64,000 nucleotides of DNA from Candidatus Dormiibacterota bacterium (GCA_963709585.1 CAVPXI010000023.1:197310-261309), one strand, 5' to 3'. Numbered from the stretch's first letter, positions 31,117 to 41,604 are shown. Program-made: numbers and translations. The notes: a model not told the origin generated them from the sequence alone.

Positions 31117-31757
31117 CCGGGCCACCACGCGAGTGGTTCGCGCGCCCGACCGAGGAGGTCGCCCGCGACCTGGTCGGTTGCGCGCTCGTGGTTGATGTGG
31201 AGACGTCGGGCGGCGTGATCGCGCGGATCGTCGAGACCGAGGCGTATCTCGGCACCGGCGACCCTGCCTCACACGCGTTCCGTGGCCCCACTGCCCGGTC
31301 GAGCGTGATGTTCGGCCCGGCCGCTCATCTCTACGTGTACTTCACGTACGGCATGCACCACTGCGCGAACGTGGTCACGGAGCGGGACGGTGTCGCCGGC
31401 GCGGTGCTCCTCCGTGCCGCCGCTGTGGAGGAGGGCCTTTCGACGGTGGCGGGTCGACGCGGCGGCGGCGTGACCGGCGCTGCGCTGCTCCGCGGGCCGG
31501 GCAACCTCTGCCGCGGTCTGGGCATCACTCGAGCCGACGACGGCATCGACCTGCTCGACCCCGCATCGCGGATCCACATCGATCAGCGCCCGGGGACACC
31601 TCCGATTGCCATCGGCACGCGAGTCGGGCTGCGGCAGGCCGCCGACCGCCTGCTGCGGTTCAGTTGGCTCGGCGACCCGGCGGTCTCGCGCCCCGTGCCG
31701 CGCGACTCCGGCGAGCCACCCGCCGTGACCACGCAAAAAGGAAAGGGGCCGGACTGA
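31092..31757 (+). CDS. mpg: DNA-3-methyladenine glycosylase (MPG/AAG)
   Basis: FARPTEEVARDLVG, IVETEAY, YVYFTYGMH, AVLLRA, GPGNLC; start approximate. Confidence 0.92.
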   Translation: MRCGDSPVAGPPREWFARPTEEVARDLVGCALVVDVETSGGVIARIVETEAYLGTGDPASHAFRGPTARSSVMFGPAAHLYVYFTYGMHHCANVVTERDGVAGAVLLRAAAVEEGLSTVAGRRGGGVTGAALLRGPGNLCRGLGITRADDGIDLLDPASRIHIDQRPGTPPIAIGTRVGLRQAADRLLRFSWLGDPAVSRPVPRDSGEPPAVTTQKGKGPD

Positions 31758-31768
31758 GCCGGCCCCTT
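31735..31768 (-). terminator. Intrinsic terminator for a minus-strand transcript (may be bidirectional)
   Basis: Minus strand GGGGCCGG-CTCAGT-CCGGCCCC then TTTCCTTTTT. Confidence 0.75.
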
Positions 31769-31985
31769 GATTGAATTCACCGTAGTTGATACGGCAGCCC
31801 GGTAAAAATTCCCGGGCCTCATATGGCACCGCTACCGGTGCCAGGTTCGGAAACGCCCGGTACGAACTCCTCGCCCGCACAACGCGCACTCACCCAAATC
31901 CGGGCCGTCCCGTGGGACGCCGATTGCCCAGCGACCTCGACGGGGGCGTCATGGTCGTGCGGTGCGGGGGCCCGTCAGCCGGGCC

Positions 31986-32036
31986 TCAACCCTCCGCTCG
32001 GCCGTGCCGAAAACGCTGCCAGACGGTTCTCAACAT
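31986..32036 (-). CDS. Candidate 16-aa peptide MLRTVWQRFRHGRAEG
   Basis: SD GGAGGT (32052-32047) 10 nt before ATG 32036; TGA at 31988-31986. Confidence 0.35.
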   Translation of the reverse strand: MLRTVWQRFRHGRAEG

Positions 32037-32140
32037 TGGTACGACTACCTCCGTCTGATTGCCGATACTACCCTCAACCATAGACCTGTCGGCCGCTGAC
32101 GGCAAGGAGCGCGAGGCCTAGACTGGGTTCCGAGCTGCGC

Positions 32141-32160
32141 TAGAATCGGAACACCTGTTC
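32141..32160 (+). promoter_or_regulatory. -10 element plus LexA (Cheo) box for yebC-ruvCAB
   Basis: TAGAAT (32141-32146) followed by perfect GAAC-ACCT-GTTC (32149-32160). Confidence 0.75.
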
Positions 32161-32174
32161 GTCTCGGAGGATCC

Positions 32175-32933
32175 ATGTCCGGTCACAGCAAATGGGCTGG
32201 CATCAAGCACAAAAAGGCGATCGTCGATGCTCGTCGCGGCCAGGTGTTCACCAAGGTCACGCGCGAGCTGACCGTTGCCGCCCGCGAGGGCGGCCCTGAC
32301 GTCGAGGGCAATTTCCGGCTGCGCCTGGCGATGCAGAAGGCACGCGAGGTGAACATGCCCGCCGACAACATCGAACGGGCGGTCCAGCGCGGCGCCGGCG
32401 GCAAGGACGGCGCGCAGCTCGAGGAGGTCCGCTACGAAGGCTATGGCCCCCACGGCGTCGCGGTGATGGTCGACACGCTCACCGACAATCGGAACCGCAC
32501 GGTCGCGGGGATCCGCAACGCGTTCACCCGCTCCGGTGGCACGCTCGGCGAGGCCAACAGCGTCGCCTGGATGTTCAATCAACAGGGCGTGATCCGCATC
32601 GAGGCGGGCAAACGCGATCCCGAGGAGCTCGCCCTCGAACTGCTCGATGTCGTCGATGTCGGGGACGACGGCGACGTCGGCGTCGAAGGCGACGAGGTGG
32701 TCGTGACCGTCGCGCCGTCTCGATTCGAGGAGGTCCGGCGCGCGCTCGAGGAGCATGACTACCCGGTCAACTCGGCAGAGGTGACCATGAACCCCACCAC
32801 CTCGGTGGCGCTCGACGCGTCACAGGCTCGCCAGGTCATCCGTCTGCTCGACGGGCTCGAGGAGCACGACGACGTCCAGCAGGTGTATGCCAACGCCGAG
32901 ATACCGGACGACGTCCTTGACGCTGTCGGCTGA
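32175..32933 (+). CDS. yebC: YebC/PmpR family protein
   Basis: MSGHSKWAGIKHKK, YEGYGPHGVA, TDNRNRT, DDVQQVYAN. Confidence 0.96.
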   Translation: MSGHSKWAGIKHKKAIVDARRGQVFTKVTRELTVAAREGGPDVEGNFRLRLAMQKAREVNMPADNIERAVQRGAGGKDGAQLEEVRYEGYGPHGVAVMVDTLTDNRNRTVAGIRNAFTRSGGTLGEANSVAWMFNQQGVIRIEAGKRDPEELALELLDVVDVGDDGDVGVEGDEVVVTVAPSRFEEVRRALEEHDYPVNSAEVTMNPTTSVALDASQARQVIRLLDGLEEHDDVQQVYANAEIPDDVLDAVG

Positions 32934-32954
32934 TCACCGCATCCGCAGACGCGG

Positions 32955-33521
32955 ATGAGAGTGCTCGGGATCGACCCCGGTCTGGCGCGCACCGGCGTGG
33001 CTGTCGTCGATGGCGCACCAGGGCACCTCGTACTCCTGCACGCGGCGTGCATCGAGACGGTGCCGCAGACCAGTGAAGCGATGCGGCTCGCGATCCTCTT
33101 CGACCTGGTGGTGGAGGCGTGCACGTCGCTGCGACCCGAGGTCGCCGCGGTGGAGGAGCTGTTCTTCTCGACCAACCGACGAACCGCGATGCGCGTCAGC
33201 GAAGCGCGCGGCGTCGTCCTCTGCGCGCTCGCTCGCGAAGGCGTCGCCATCGCCGAGTACACACCGACGCAGGTGAAAGAGGCGGTGTGCGGGTATGGCG
33301 CGGCGCGCAAGCCCCAGGTGGCGCGCATGGTCGCCAATCTCCTTGGCGTGCCTGACATTCCCGGACATGACGACGTTGCCGACGCCTGCGCGGTTGCGGT
33401 GTGCCACCATCATCGCGGGCGCCTCGGGGACCTGACGTCTCGCTCGCGACTCCACCGAGAGAGCGCCCTCGACGTTGCGGTGACCCGTGCGCGCACCGCA
33501 CTGCTGCGCAGCGCTCCATGA
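32955..33521 (+). CDS. ruvC: Crossover junction endodeoxyribonuclease RuvC
   Basis: MRVLGIDPG, VEELFF, EARGV, DDVADA. Confidence 0.96.
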   Translation: MRVLGIDPGLARTGVAVVDGAPGHLVLLHAACIETVPQTSEAMRLAILFDLVVEACTSLRPEVAAVEELFFSTNRRTAMRVSEARGVVLCALAREGVAIAEYTPTQVKEAVCGYGAARKPQVARMVANLLGVPDIPGHDDVADACAVAVCHHHRGRLGDLTSRSRLHRESALDVAVTRARTALLRSAP

Positions 33522-34132
33522 TCGCGCTCCTCCGCGGCGCACTCGTGCAGGTGGGGGACGACCACGTCGTCGTCGACACCGGCGGAGTCGGCTACGAGGT
33601 GTTCTGCCATCTGCGCACCATTGCGACGCTGCACACGGCGCGCGATGCCGAGGTGACCCTGCACGTGCACACCAGCGTCAGCGCGGACGCGATTCGCCTC
33701 TACGGCTTCGTCACCCACGACGAGCTGCAACTCTTCCGCCTGCTCATCGGCGTCGAGCGCATCGGCCCGAAAGCAGCGCTCGGGATCCTTGGACGGGCGG
33801 AGCTTCCGACCCTGGTCCGCGCCATCGCCGAGGGCGACATCGCGCTGGTGGCGACCGTCCCGGGCATCGGACGCAAGACCGCCGAACGCGTGATCCTCGA
33901 GTTGCGCGACAAGGTCGGCTCGCTCGAGCCACCGGGGACGCATCATCCCGCGGCAACGAGCGAGAACGAGGCGGTCGCGGCGGCGATCGCCGGGCTGATC
34001 GGTCTCGGGTTCCGCGAGGCCGAAGCGCGCACCGCGGTCGCTGCGATCGCCATCGACGCCGACGGCCACGATGTTGCCGACCTGGTGGGCGCGGCGCTGC
34101 GCCAGCTCGACACCGCGGGTGCCGGTCGATGA
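33518..34132 (+). CDS. ruvA: Holliday junction branch migration protein RuvA
   Basis: MIALLRG, GGVGYEV, LYGF, IGPKAAL, PGIGRKTAERVILEL. Confidence 0.96.
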   Translation: MIALLRGALVQVGDDHVVVDTGGVGYEVFCHLRTIATLHTARDAEVTLHVHTSVSADAIRLYGFVTHDELQLFRLLIGVERIGPKAALGILGRAELPTLVRAIAEGDIALVATVPGIGRKTAERVILELRDKVGSLEPPGTHHPAATSENEAVAAAIAGLIGLGFREAEARTAVAAIAIDADGHDVADLVGAALRQLDTAGAGR

Positions 34133-35175
34133 CCGACGAGCGCGTGGTCAGCCCTGACGAGCTCGAGGCTGAGCGGGTCGCCGATACCGCGCTCCGGCCG
34201 CGCACGCTCGACGACTTCGTCGGCCAGGCGGCTATCAAGAACCAGGTCCGCATTCTCGTCGAGGCGGCCCGGCAGCGTGGTGACGCGCTCGACCACGTGC
34301 TCCTGTACGGACCGCCGGGGCTCGGCAAGACGACCCTCGCGCAGATCATCGCCGTCGAGATGGGGGTCAACATCCGCCTGACCAGCGGACCGGCGCTCGA
34401 GCACCAGGGGATGCTGGCGTCGATCCTGACGAGCCTCGAGGAACGCGATGTCTTCTTCATCGACGAGGTGCACCGCCTCAATCGTGCGGTCGAGGAGGCG
34501 CTCTATCCGGCGATGGAGGACCTCGCGTTCGACTTTGTCGCGGGCAAGGGAGCGGGCGCGCAAACGCTCCGGCTCACGCTCAACCGCTTCACGGTGATCG
34601 CCGCCACGACGCGAGCAGGCGCGCTCGGCGCACCGCTTCGCGATCGTTTCGGGGTCACGTTCCGCCTCGACTTCTACGACACCGACGATCTCGTCGCCAT
34701 CGCCAATCGATCCGCGCGCCTGCTCGGCATCGATCTCGACCCCGAGGGTGCGGCGATGATCGCCAGGCGAGCTCGCGGGACCCCGCGCATCGTCAACCGG
34801 CTGCTGCGCCGCGCCCGTGACTACGCGCAGGTTCGTGCCGCCGGCCGCATCGACATCGCCGTCGCCACCGCGGCGCTCGACGTCCTCGGCGTCGATTCGA
34901 TCGGGCTCGACGAGCTCGACCGTCGCGTGCTCGGCGTGCTCTGCGGGACGCTCGGCGGCCATGCGGTCGGTGTCCAGACAATCGCGGTGAGCGTCCAGGA
35001 GGACCCGGACACCATCGAAGACGTCGTCGAACCCTTCCTCATCCGTCGCGGATTGCTGGCTCGAACCCTGCGCGGCCGCCTTGCCACCGCCGCCGCATAC
35101 CAGCATCTCGGTCTATCCGTCCCGGCCGGCGCCCCCGGGGCGGCGGAGGCGCAGGCCGCGCTCTTCGAGCGTTGA
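34129..35175 (+). CDS. ruvB: Holliday junction DNA helicase RuvB
   Basis: LRPRTLDDFVGQ, GPPGLGKTTLA, FIDEVHRL, RGTPRI. Confidence 0.97.
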   Translation: MTDERVVSPDELEAERVADTALRPRTLDDFVGQAAIKNQVRILVEAARQRGDALDHVLLYGPPGLGKTTLAQIIAVEMGVNIRLTSGPALEHQGMLASILTSLEERDVFFIDEVHRLNRAVEEALYPAMEDLAFDFVAGKGAGAQTLRLTLNRFTVIAATTRAGALGAPLRDRFGVTFRLDFYDTDDLVAIANRSARLLGIDLDPEGAAMIARRARGTPRIVNRLLRRARDYAQVRAAGRIDIAVATAALDVLGVDSIGLDELDRRVLGVLCGTLGGHAVGVQTIAVSVQEDPDTIEDVVEPFLIRRGLLARTLRGRLATAAAYQHLGLSVPAGAPGAAEAQAALFER

Positions 35176-36207
35176 GGTCCGCCGACTTCGATTACCCGCT
35201 CCCAGCGGAGCGGATCGCGCAGGAGCCCCTCACGGAGCGCGACGCGTCGCGCCTGTTGCACGTCCTGCCCGGTGGCGACGGCCTCGAGGACCGCTCGTTC
35301 CGCGAGCTGCCGGCGCTGCTCCGACCGGGGGACCTCCTGGTCGTCAACGACACCAGGGTCCGGCGGGCGCGCCTCCACGGTCTCGATGAGGGTGGGCGCG
35401 ACGTCGAGCTCCTCATCCTGGCCCGCGAGGACAGCGGCGAGTACCAGTGCCTGGCTCGGCCGGCGCGCCTCGCCACCCCGGGCGCCGTGGTTCACATCGG
35501 CGCCGATCTCAGCGCCACGGTGGTCGCGGTGTCATCCGTGCATCGAGGTGGACGTAGCGTCATCTTCGACGCCGCGGACCCCGACGCCGCCATCGAGCGT
35601 GCCGGCGTCGCCCCGCTGCCCCCCTACATTCACAGGGAGCTGCGCGACCCCGAGCGGTATCAGACCACCTACGCAACCGGCGCCCCCGAACTCGGCTGCC
35701 GCCCCGACCGCAGGGCTGCACTTCACCGCAGCGATGATCCGGCGGCTGCGCGATGCGGACATCGGCTGGGCGACGCTGCGCCTCGATGTCGGGCTGGCGA
35801 CGTTTGCTCCAATCCGCACCGACCGTGTCGAGGACCACCCCATGCACGCCGAGCGATACGTGCTCCCGACCGCCACCGTGGCGGCGATCGAGGAGACGCA
35901 GCGCAGCGGTGGGCGCGTCGTCGCGGTCGGGACCACCGTCGTCCGTGTGCTCGAGACCTGCGCGCGCGACGCCGGGAGGCTGCGCGCGGGAGCCGGTTCC
36001 ACCAGCCTTTTCATCCATCCGGGTCATCGCTTTCGGGCGGTCGACGGTCTGCTGACCAACTTTCATCAGCCACGTTCGTCGCTGCTCGTGCTGCTCGCCG
36101 CATTCATCGGTGACGAGCGCTGGCGAGGCGCCTACGCGCACGCGATCAGCGCGGGATATCGGTTCCTCTCCCTTGGTGACTGCATGCTCTGCTGGCGCTC
36201 GCAGTGA
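35172..36207 (+). CDS. queA: S-adenosylmethionine:tRNA ribosyltransferase-isomerase (frameshift ~35686)
   Basis: FDYPLP..IAQEP, VNDTRV, PLPPYI, YQT; then SAAAPTAGLHFT, VGTTVVR, TNFHQP, YRFLSLGD. Confidence 0.93.
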
Positions 36208-37316
36208 CGCCCGCATTCGCGCTCGCTGCCGTCGACGGCAGCGCACGCACCGGAACGCTGACGACGGCGCACGGCCCGGTCCGTACTCCCGCGTTCATGC
36301 CGGTCGGGACCCATGCCACGGTGAAGGCGCTGCACCCTGACGAGGTGCGTGCCGCGGGCACCGACATCCTGCTCTGCAATGCGTATCACCTGGCGCTGCG
36401 ACCGGGGATCGACCTCATCGAGCGGGCCGGCGGGCTGCATGCCTTCATGGGCTGGGACCACCCGATCCTCACCGACAGCGGCGGCTATCAGCTGGTGAGC
36501 CTGGTCGAGGTCGCGGCGGTCGACGACGACGGCGCCACGTTCGTTTCGCCGTATGACGGCTCGCGGCTGCGGGTGACCCCGGAGGAGGCGGTGCGCAACC
36601 AGGCGAGGCTCGGCGCCGACGTGCTCATGTGCCTCGATCACCCGGTTGCGCATGGCACCGCGGCGGCCACGGCGCGGGAGGCGACCGAGCGCACCCACCG
36701 CTGGGCCGAGCGCTGCCGGGCGGCGCACCCCGGCGATGGACGCCTGCTCTTCGGCATCGCCCAGGGAGGGTTCGACGCCGGGGACCGGCGCGAGTCGGCG
36801 CGGTTCGTGTCCGGGCTCGGCTTCGACGGCGTGGCGATCGGTGGTCTCTCGGTCGGGGAGCCCCTCGAGACCATGCTCGCCATGACTGAGGCGAGCCTCG
36901 CCGAGCTTGCCGCCGACAGCGCCCGCTATTTCATGGGGCTGGGCACGGATTCCGAGCTTCTCGCCGCGATCGCGCTCGGCGTGGACATGTTCGACTGCGT
37001 GATGCCGACCCGGCTGGCGCGCAACGGCAGCGCGCTGACGCTGGACGGTCGCCTCTCCCTGCGCAACGCCGCGGCTCGGGACGAGTTCGGTCCCATCGAC
37101 CCCGAATGCCCGTGCGCAGCGTGCACGGGATTCTCGCGCGCATACCTCCGCCACCTCTTCCAGTCAGGCGAGATCCTCGCCCACCGCCTCGTGAGCCTCC
37201 ACAACATCACCCACCTGGCGCGACTGATGGATGGGGCCCGCGTGGCGATCCGGGATGGCCGGTTCGCCGCGTTCCGGGCGGACCGGGATGGCCGGCTCCG
37301 CTCGGTGCCCCGGTAG
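36204..37316 (+). CDS. tgt: tRNA-guanine transglycosylase
   Basis: TPAFMPVGT, TDSGGYQ, GIAQGG, FDCVMPTR, CPCAAC..H. Confidence 0.96.
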   Translation: MTPAFALAAVDGSARTGTLTTAHGPVRTPAFMPVGTHATVKALHPDEVRAAGTDILLCNAYHLALRPGIDLIERAGGLHAFMGWDHPILTDSGGYQLVSLVEVAAVDDDGATFVSPYDGSRLRVTPEEAVRNQARLGADVLMCLDHPVAHGTAAATAREATERTHRWAERCRAAHPGDGRLLFGIAQGGFDAGDRRESARFVSGLGFDGVAIGGLSVGEPLETMLAMTEASLAELAADSARYFMGLGTDSELLAAIALGVDMFDCVMPTRLARNGSALTLDGRLSLRNAAARDEFGPIDPECPCAACTGFSRAYLRHLFQSGEILAHRLVSLHNITHLARLMDGARVAIRDGRFAAFRADRDGRLRSVPR

Positions 37317-37328
37317 ACTGGACGACCG

Positions 37329-39797
37329 GTGTTCAGGATCACGCGTTTCCGCCTGGCCGTTGTCCTCCTGGTGGTGGTCGGCGCCTTCTTCATCGACGGC
37401 TACAGCTTGATCTACCGCTACCTGGTGGTCCACCAGCCACTCGGCCAGACGCTGACCTCCGTGCCCACGTTCCTCGGGCGCCAGCTGTACATCCACAAAG
37501 GGCTGGATCTCCAGGGCGGCACCGAGCTGACCATCGAGATCTGTCACGGGCTCGACAATCCCAACATCGACTGCCGCAACGGACCTCCCAATGGAGCCAC
37601 CCTCGCCCAGGCGCAGCAAGCCACGATCCCGATCCTCGACCTCCGCGTCAACTCGCTCGGCGTCTCCGAGGCAAGCGTCCAGGCTCAGGGCGACGACCAG
37701 ATCCTGGTGCAGCTGCCCGGGGTCGGCCTCAAGCAGGCCGTGGACACCATCGGCACCACCTCGAGGCTGTACTTCGCAACGCCCGTCGCTGGTGCGGCCA
37801 CCAATCCTCCGAGCGCGGCGCTCATCAAGGACCAGCAGGGGCATTACGACCCCGCTCAGTTCGGCAGCACGTTCTTCTATCCGACCGGATACCACTGGCA
37901 GATCGACAACAAGCTCGACGCGACCGATGTCAACTCCGCGACGGTGGGCACCAACTCGACCACCGGCCAGATCACCGTGGACATCAACTTCAACTCGGCG
38001 GGCGCGACTGAGTGGGCCAAGATCACCACCGCCGCAAACACCGTCTATCAGTCGAACCCAACCAGCCCGCTCGCGCAGATCGCGATCTTCCTCGACAACG
38101 ACGTGCTCACCGCGCCGGCCGTCACCGGCGGGGGCCAGAGCAACATGACCCAGATCACCGGCGGGTTCACCTCGGATTCGGCGACCACGCTCGCCAACCT
38201 GATCAGCGCCGGAGCGCTGCCCGCCGAGATCACCACGGTGGCCAGCACGACGGTCAGCGCGACGCTCGGCCAGCAGTCGGTGACCCTCTCCCTGGTCGCG
38301 GGTGGGATCGGCCTCCTGATCGTCGTGATCTTCATGATCGGCTACTACCGGTTCCCGGGACTGCTCGCCACCGTCGCCCTCTTTGTCTACGCGGCGATCG
38401 TGCTGGCGCTCTTCAAGCTGATCCCCGTGACACTGTCGCTCGCGGGGCTCGCCGGCTTCGTCCTTAGCGTCGGTATGGCGGTCGACGCCAACGTGCTTAT
38501 CTTCGAGCGCACCCGCGACGAGTTACGCCATGGGCGAAGCGTGCCACTGGCGGTGGAGACCGGCTTCCGGCGGGCATTTCCCGCCATTCGTGACAGCAAC
38601 ATCTCGACGCTGATCACGTGCGCGATCCTCGCGTTCTTCGGTACCGACGTGATCCGTGGGTTCGCAATCACCCTCGCAATCGGCGTCATCGTGTCGTTCT
38701 TCACCGCGATCACGATCACCCGCTCACTGTTCGCCTGGGTGCTGAACTGGCGGATTGGGCGCGACCCGCGCCTCTACACCGAGATCCACGAGGAGTTCGC
38801 CGAGCATCCGCCACGGGGGCGCTTCGACATCGTCAAGAATCGCAACTGGTACTTTTCCGGATCGCTCGCGGTCATCATCCCCGGCATCCTCGCGATCCTG
38901 TTCTGGGGCTTCAACCTCGGCATCGACTTCAAGGGCGGCAACGTCATCGACGTCGGCCTTGCGAAGGCGGCGACCCAGGCGCAGGTGGCCGCTGTCATGG
39001 ACAGGGACTTCGCCAGTCTGCGCCCGCAGGTGCAGGCGGAGGGGACGACGGGCAATCAGGCCAGCCACTTCGCCATCTCCACGCTGCCGTCGGACAGCGC
39101 GCAGCTGGTGCAGATCGAGAACACGCTGAGCAGCAACTTCGGGATAGCCATCAACAGCACCACGCATCAGCAGGACATCAGCGTTCAGCAGGTCGGGCCT
39201 ACGATCGCCGCGAGCCTCGTCACCGGCGCGATCATCATGATCTTCGTTTCCGCCGGAGCCATTGCGGTCTACCTCGCCTTCGCCTTCCGACGGCAGCGAG
39301 CGATCTCGCCGTGGCGGTTCAGCGCGTGCGCATTCTTCAAGCTGCTCCACGACGTGTTCGTGCTCGCCGGGATCTGGGCGATCCTCGGGCACTTCTCCAA
39401 CTTAGGACAGGTCAACTCGCTCTTTGTCACCGCCGTGCTTACCTCGGTGGCGTTCTCCATCCACGACACCATCGTTGTGTTCGACCGGGTGCGCGAGAAC
39501 CTGCGCGTCGGACCGCGCTTGACCTTCGACCAGGTGATCAACCTCTCGACGGTGCAGACCATGACGCGCTCACTGAACACGTCGCTCACCGTCGTGTTCG
39601 TGCTCCTGTCGCTGGTCATCTTCGGCGGCGACTCGATCCGCGGCTTCGTCCTCGCGCTCCTGATCGGCATCGTCACGGGCACCTACAGCTCGATCTTCAA
39701 CGCCAGCACGCTGCTCGTCGCCTGGGAGAAAGCTCGCGGTTCCCGGAGCGTGGCACCACCCGCCGGCAGGAGACGGGTCGCTCCGCGGACGGCGTAG
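37329..39797 (+). CDS. secDF: Fused protein translocase subunit SecDF
   Basis: GLDLQGG, LGVSE, GALP, VGMAVDANVLIFER (SecD); GIDFKGG, VGPTI, HDTIVVFDRVRE, GTYSSIF (SecF). Confidence 0.95.
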   Translation: MFRITRFRLAVVLLVVVGAFFIDGYSLIYRYLVVHQPLGQTLTSVPTFLGRQLYIHKGLDLQGGTELTIEICHGLDNPNIDCRNGPPNGATLAQAQQATIPILDLRVNSLGVSEASVQAQGDDQILVQLPGVGLKQAVDTIGTTSRLYFATPVAGAATNPPSAALIKDQQGHYDPAQFGSTFFYPTGYHWQIDNKLDATDVNSATVGTNSTTGQITVDINFNSAGATEWAKITTAANTVYQSNPTSPLAQIAIFLDNDVLTAPAVTGGGQSNMTQITGGFTSDSATTLANLISAGALPAEITTVASTTVSATLGQQSVTLSLVAGGIGLLIVVIFMIGYYRFPGLLATVALFVYAAIVLALFKLIPVTLSLAGLAGFVLSVGMAVDANVLIFERTRDELRHGRSVPLAVETGFRRAFPAIRDSNISTLITCAILAFFGTDVIRGFAITLAIGVIVSFFTAITITRSLFAWVLNWRIGRDPRLYTEIHEEFAEHPPRGRFDIVKNRNWYFSGSLAVIIPGILAILFWGFNLGIDFKGGNVIDVGLAKAATQAQVAAVMDRDFASLRPQVQAEGTTGNQASHFAISTLPSDSAQLVQIENTLSSNFGIAINSTTHQQDISVQQVGPTIAASLVTGAIIMIFVSAGAIAVYLAFAFRRQRAISPWRFSACAFFKLLHDVFVLAGIWAILGHFSNLGQVNSLFVTAVLTSVAFSIHDTIVVFDRVRENLRVGPRLTFDQVINLSTVQTMTRSLNTSLTVVFVLLSLVIFGGDSIRGFVLALLIGIVTGTYSSIFNASTLLVAWEKARGSRSVAPPAGRRRVAPRTA

Positions 39798-39823
39798 GGC
39801 TCACCCGCCGCAGGGCACGACAT

Positions 39824-40294
39824 ATGAACACCGACGACGTCTCCGGCATCGCCTGTCTGCTGCGCCCGTCCTTCGCCCATCTGGGCATCGACCTCGTCGA
39901 CGTGCAGTGGTCGGGCCACGGGCGCGGCGCGGTGCTGCGCCTGGTCATCGACCGCGCCGGCGGCGGCGTCACCCTCGACGACTGCGAGCGCGCATCGAAC
40001 ACGGCCTCGGCCGTGCTCGACGTCAACGATCCGATCGACCACCCCTACCGCCTCGAGGTCAGCTCACCCGGCGCGGAGCGGCCGATTCGCCGCGCCGATG
40101 AGTGGACCGCCGCGGTGGGTCGTCGCGTCAACGCCCGGCTGCGCGACGGTGACTCGGAATTGGTGCTCGAAGGCAAGCTCGTCTCGGTCTCGGGAGGCGA
40201 GGCAGAGATCGAGGTTCGCGATCGCAGGACGACCCGGGCCGTCGCGTTCGCGATCGACGCGGTGGTGGCGGCCAGGATCGTCGTCGCCATCTGA
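39824..40294 (+). CDS. rimP: Ribosome maturation factor RimP
   Basis: LRLVIDR..GVTLDDC, YRLEVSSPGAERP. Confidence 0.93.
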   Translation: MNTDDVSGIACLLRPSFAHLGIDLVDVQWSGHGRGAVLRLVIDRAGGGVTLDDCERASNTASAVLDVNDPIDHPYRLEVSSPGAERPIRRADEWTAAVGRRVNARLRDGDSELVLEGKLVSVSGGEAEIEVRDRRTTRAVAFAIDAVVAARIVVAI

Positions 40295-41313
40295 TGGCCG
40301 CTCCGGCTGTGACCCTGAGCGCGCTCCGTGACCTCGCGGCCGCGACCCCGCTCAGCGAGGCCGACATCACCAGCGCAGTGGAGCAGGGGGTCGCAACCGC
40401 GTACCGCCGCGTCGTCGAGGACGATCCCCACGTGCGCGCCCGGGTGAACCTCGAGACCGGGACGTTTGTCGTCTACCGCGTTGGCGAGGACGGCGCCGAG
40501 CAGTCACTCGAGGTTGATGTACCGGATTTCCCAAGGCAGGCGGCTGCGGCCGCGCGAACCGCGGTCGCCGAGCGCCTGGCCAGCGTCGAGCAGCGCCGGA
40601 TCCTCGGCGAGGGGTCGAGCCAGCGGGGCGTGCTCCGCGACGCGATCGTCGAGCGACGAATGGGAGCGATCTGGTACGTCGACGCCGCCGGAGTGCCGGG
40701 GATGCTGCCCCCCGAGGAACAGATCCCGGGTGAACGGCTCGCGATCAGGGATCACATCAAGGTGGTCATCGTCGAGGGCCGCCGCAAGGGACCCGACGCC
40801 GTTGTGGTGGTGTCTCGATCCCACCCGCAGCTCGTCCAGCGGCTCATGGAGCAGGAGGTGCCGGAGCTGCAGAGCGGCCAGGTCGTGATCCGAGCGATCG
40901 CCCGCGACCCCGGGCGCCGCACCAAGGTTGCGGTCGACGCACCCGAGGGCGACGTCGATCCCCAGGGGGCGTGCATCGGCCGGAACGGGGTGCGCCAGCG
41001 GGCGGTCACGTCCGAGCTCGGTGATGAGCAGGTGCAGATCGTGGCCTGGTCTGCCGACCCGGCAACGTTCGTCATGAACTCGCTGATCCCCGCCGCGACC
41101 CGGGGCGTCGAGCTCGACCTCGAGTCGCGGACTGCGCACATCTCGGTTGCGTCGGACCAGCTCTCGCTGGCAATCGGGCGGGGTGGCGAGAACGCCCGCC
41201 TCGCGGCGCGGCTGACCGGATGGCGCATCGACATCCGCGGAGACGAGCAGCAGGAGGACGAGCCGCAGAAAGACGCGCCTCGGGAAGACGAGCCGGGCGA
41301 CGGACTGACCTGA
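40294..41313 (+). CDS. nusA: Transcription termination factor NusA
   Basis: SRSHP, EVPE, ARDPGRRTKVAV, GACIG, SLAIGRGGENARLAARLTGWRIDI. Confidence 0.93.
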   Translation: MAAPAVTLSALRDLAAATPLSEADITSAVEQGVATAYRRVVEDDPHVRARVNLETGTFVVYRVGEDGAEQSLEVDVPDFPRQAAAAARTAVAERLASVEQRRILGEGSSQRGVLRDAIVERRMGAIWYVDAAGVPGMLPPEEQIPGERLAIRDHIKVVIVEGRRKGPDAVVVVSRSHPQLVQRLMEQEVPELQSGQVVIRAIARDPGRRTKVAVDAPEGDVDPQGACIGRNGVRQRAVTSELGDEQVQIVAWSADPATFVMNSLIPAATRGVELDLESRTAHISVASDQLSLAIGRGGENARLAARLTGWRIDIRGDEQQEDEPQKDAPREDEPGDGLT

Positions 41314-41604
41314 TTGACCGGTTCGACGCCGCTCCGGACGTGTGCCGGCTGCAGGAAGGTACGTCCCAAGTATGAGTTGATCCGGCTGGCAGTCCTGGTT
41401 TCCTCCGGTCGGGTTACTCTTGACCCGTCTGGCCGCTCTCCCGGTCGGGGCGCGTATCTCTGCCGGGAAACGGGTATCACCTGTCTGCGCCAGTCACGGC
41501 GGCACCGATCCCTGGCGCGCTCGCTGCGGGTCGGGGATGATGTAATCGACGAGCCCACCCTCGCCGCAGCGCTGGGGGAGCTTGTCACGGAGGAATCGAC
41601 ATAG
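41314..41604 (+). CDS. ylxR: YlxR/RnpM family RNA-binding protein
   Basis: [21 protein letters not shown]. Confidence 0.9.
   Translation: MTGSTPLRTCAGCRKVRPKYELIRLAVLVSSGRVTLDPSGRSPGRGAYLCRETGITCLRQSRRHRSLARSLRVGDDVIDEPTLAAALGELVTEEST

Larger units (their letters stand above)
31735..32058 (-). ncRNA. Candidate structured RNA / small-ORF mRNA (family not recognised)
   Basis: -10 TAGTAT (32070-32065), multiple stems and a terminator, with no long ORF. Confidence 0.45.
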
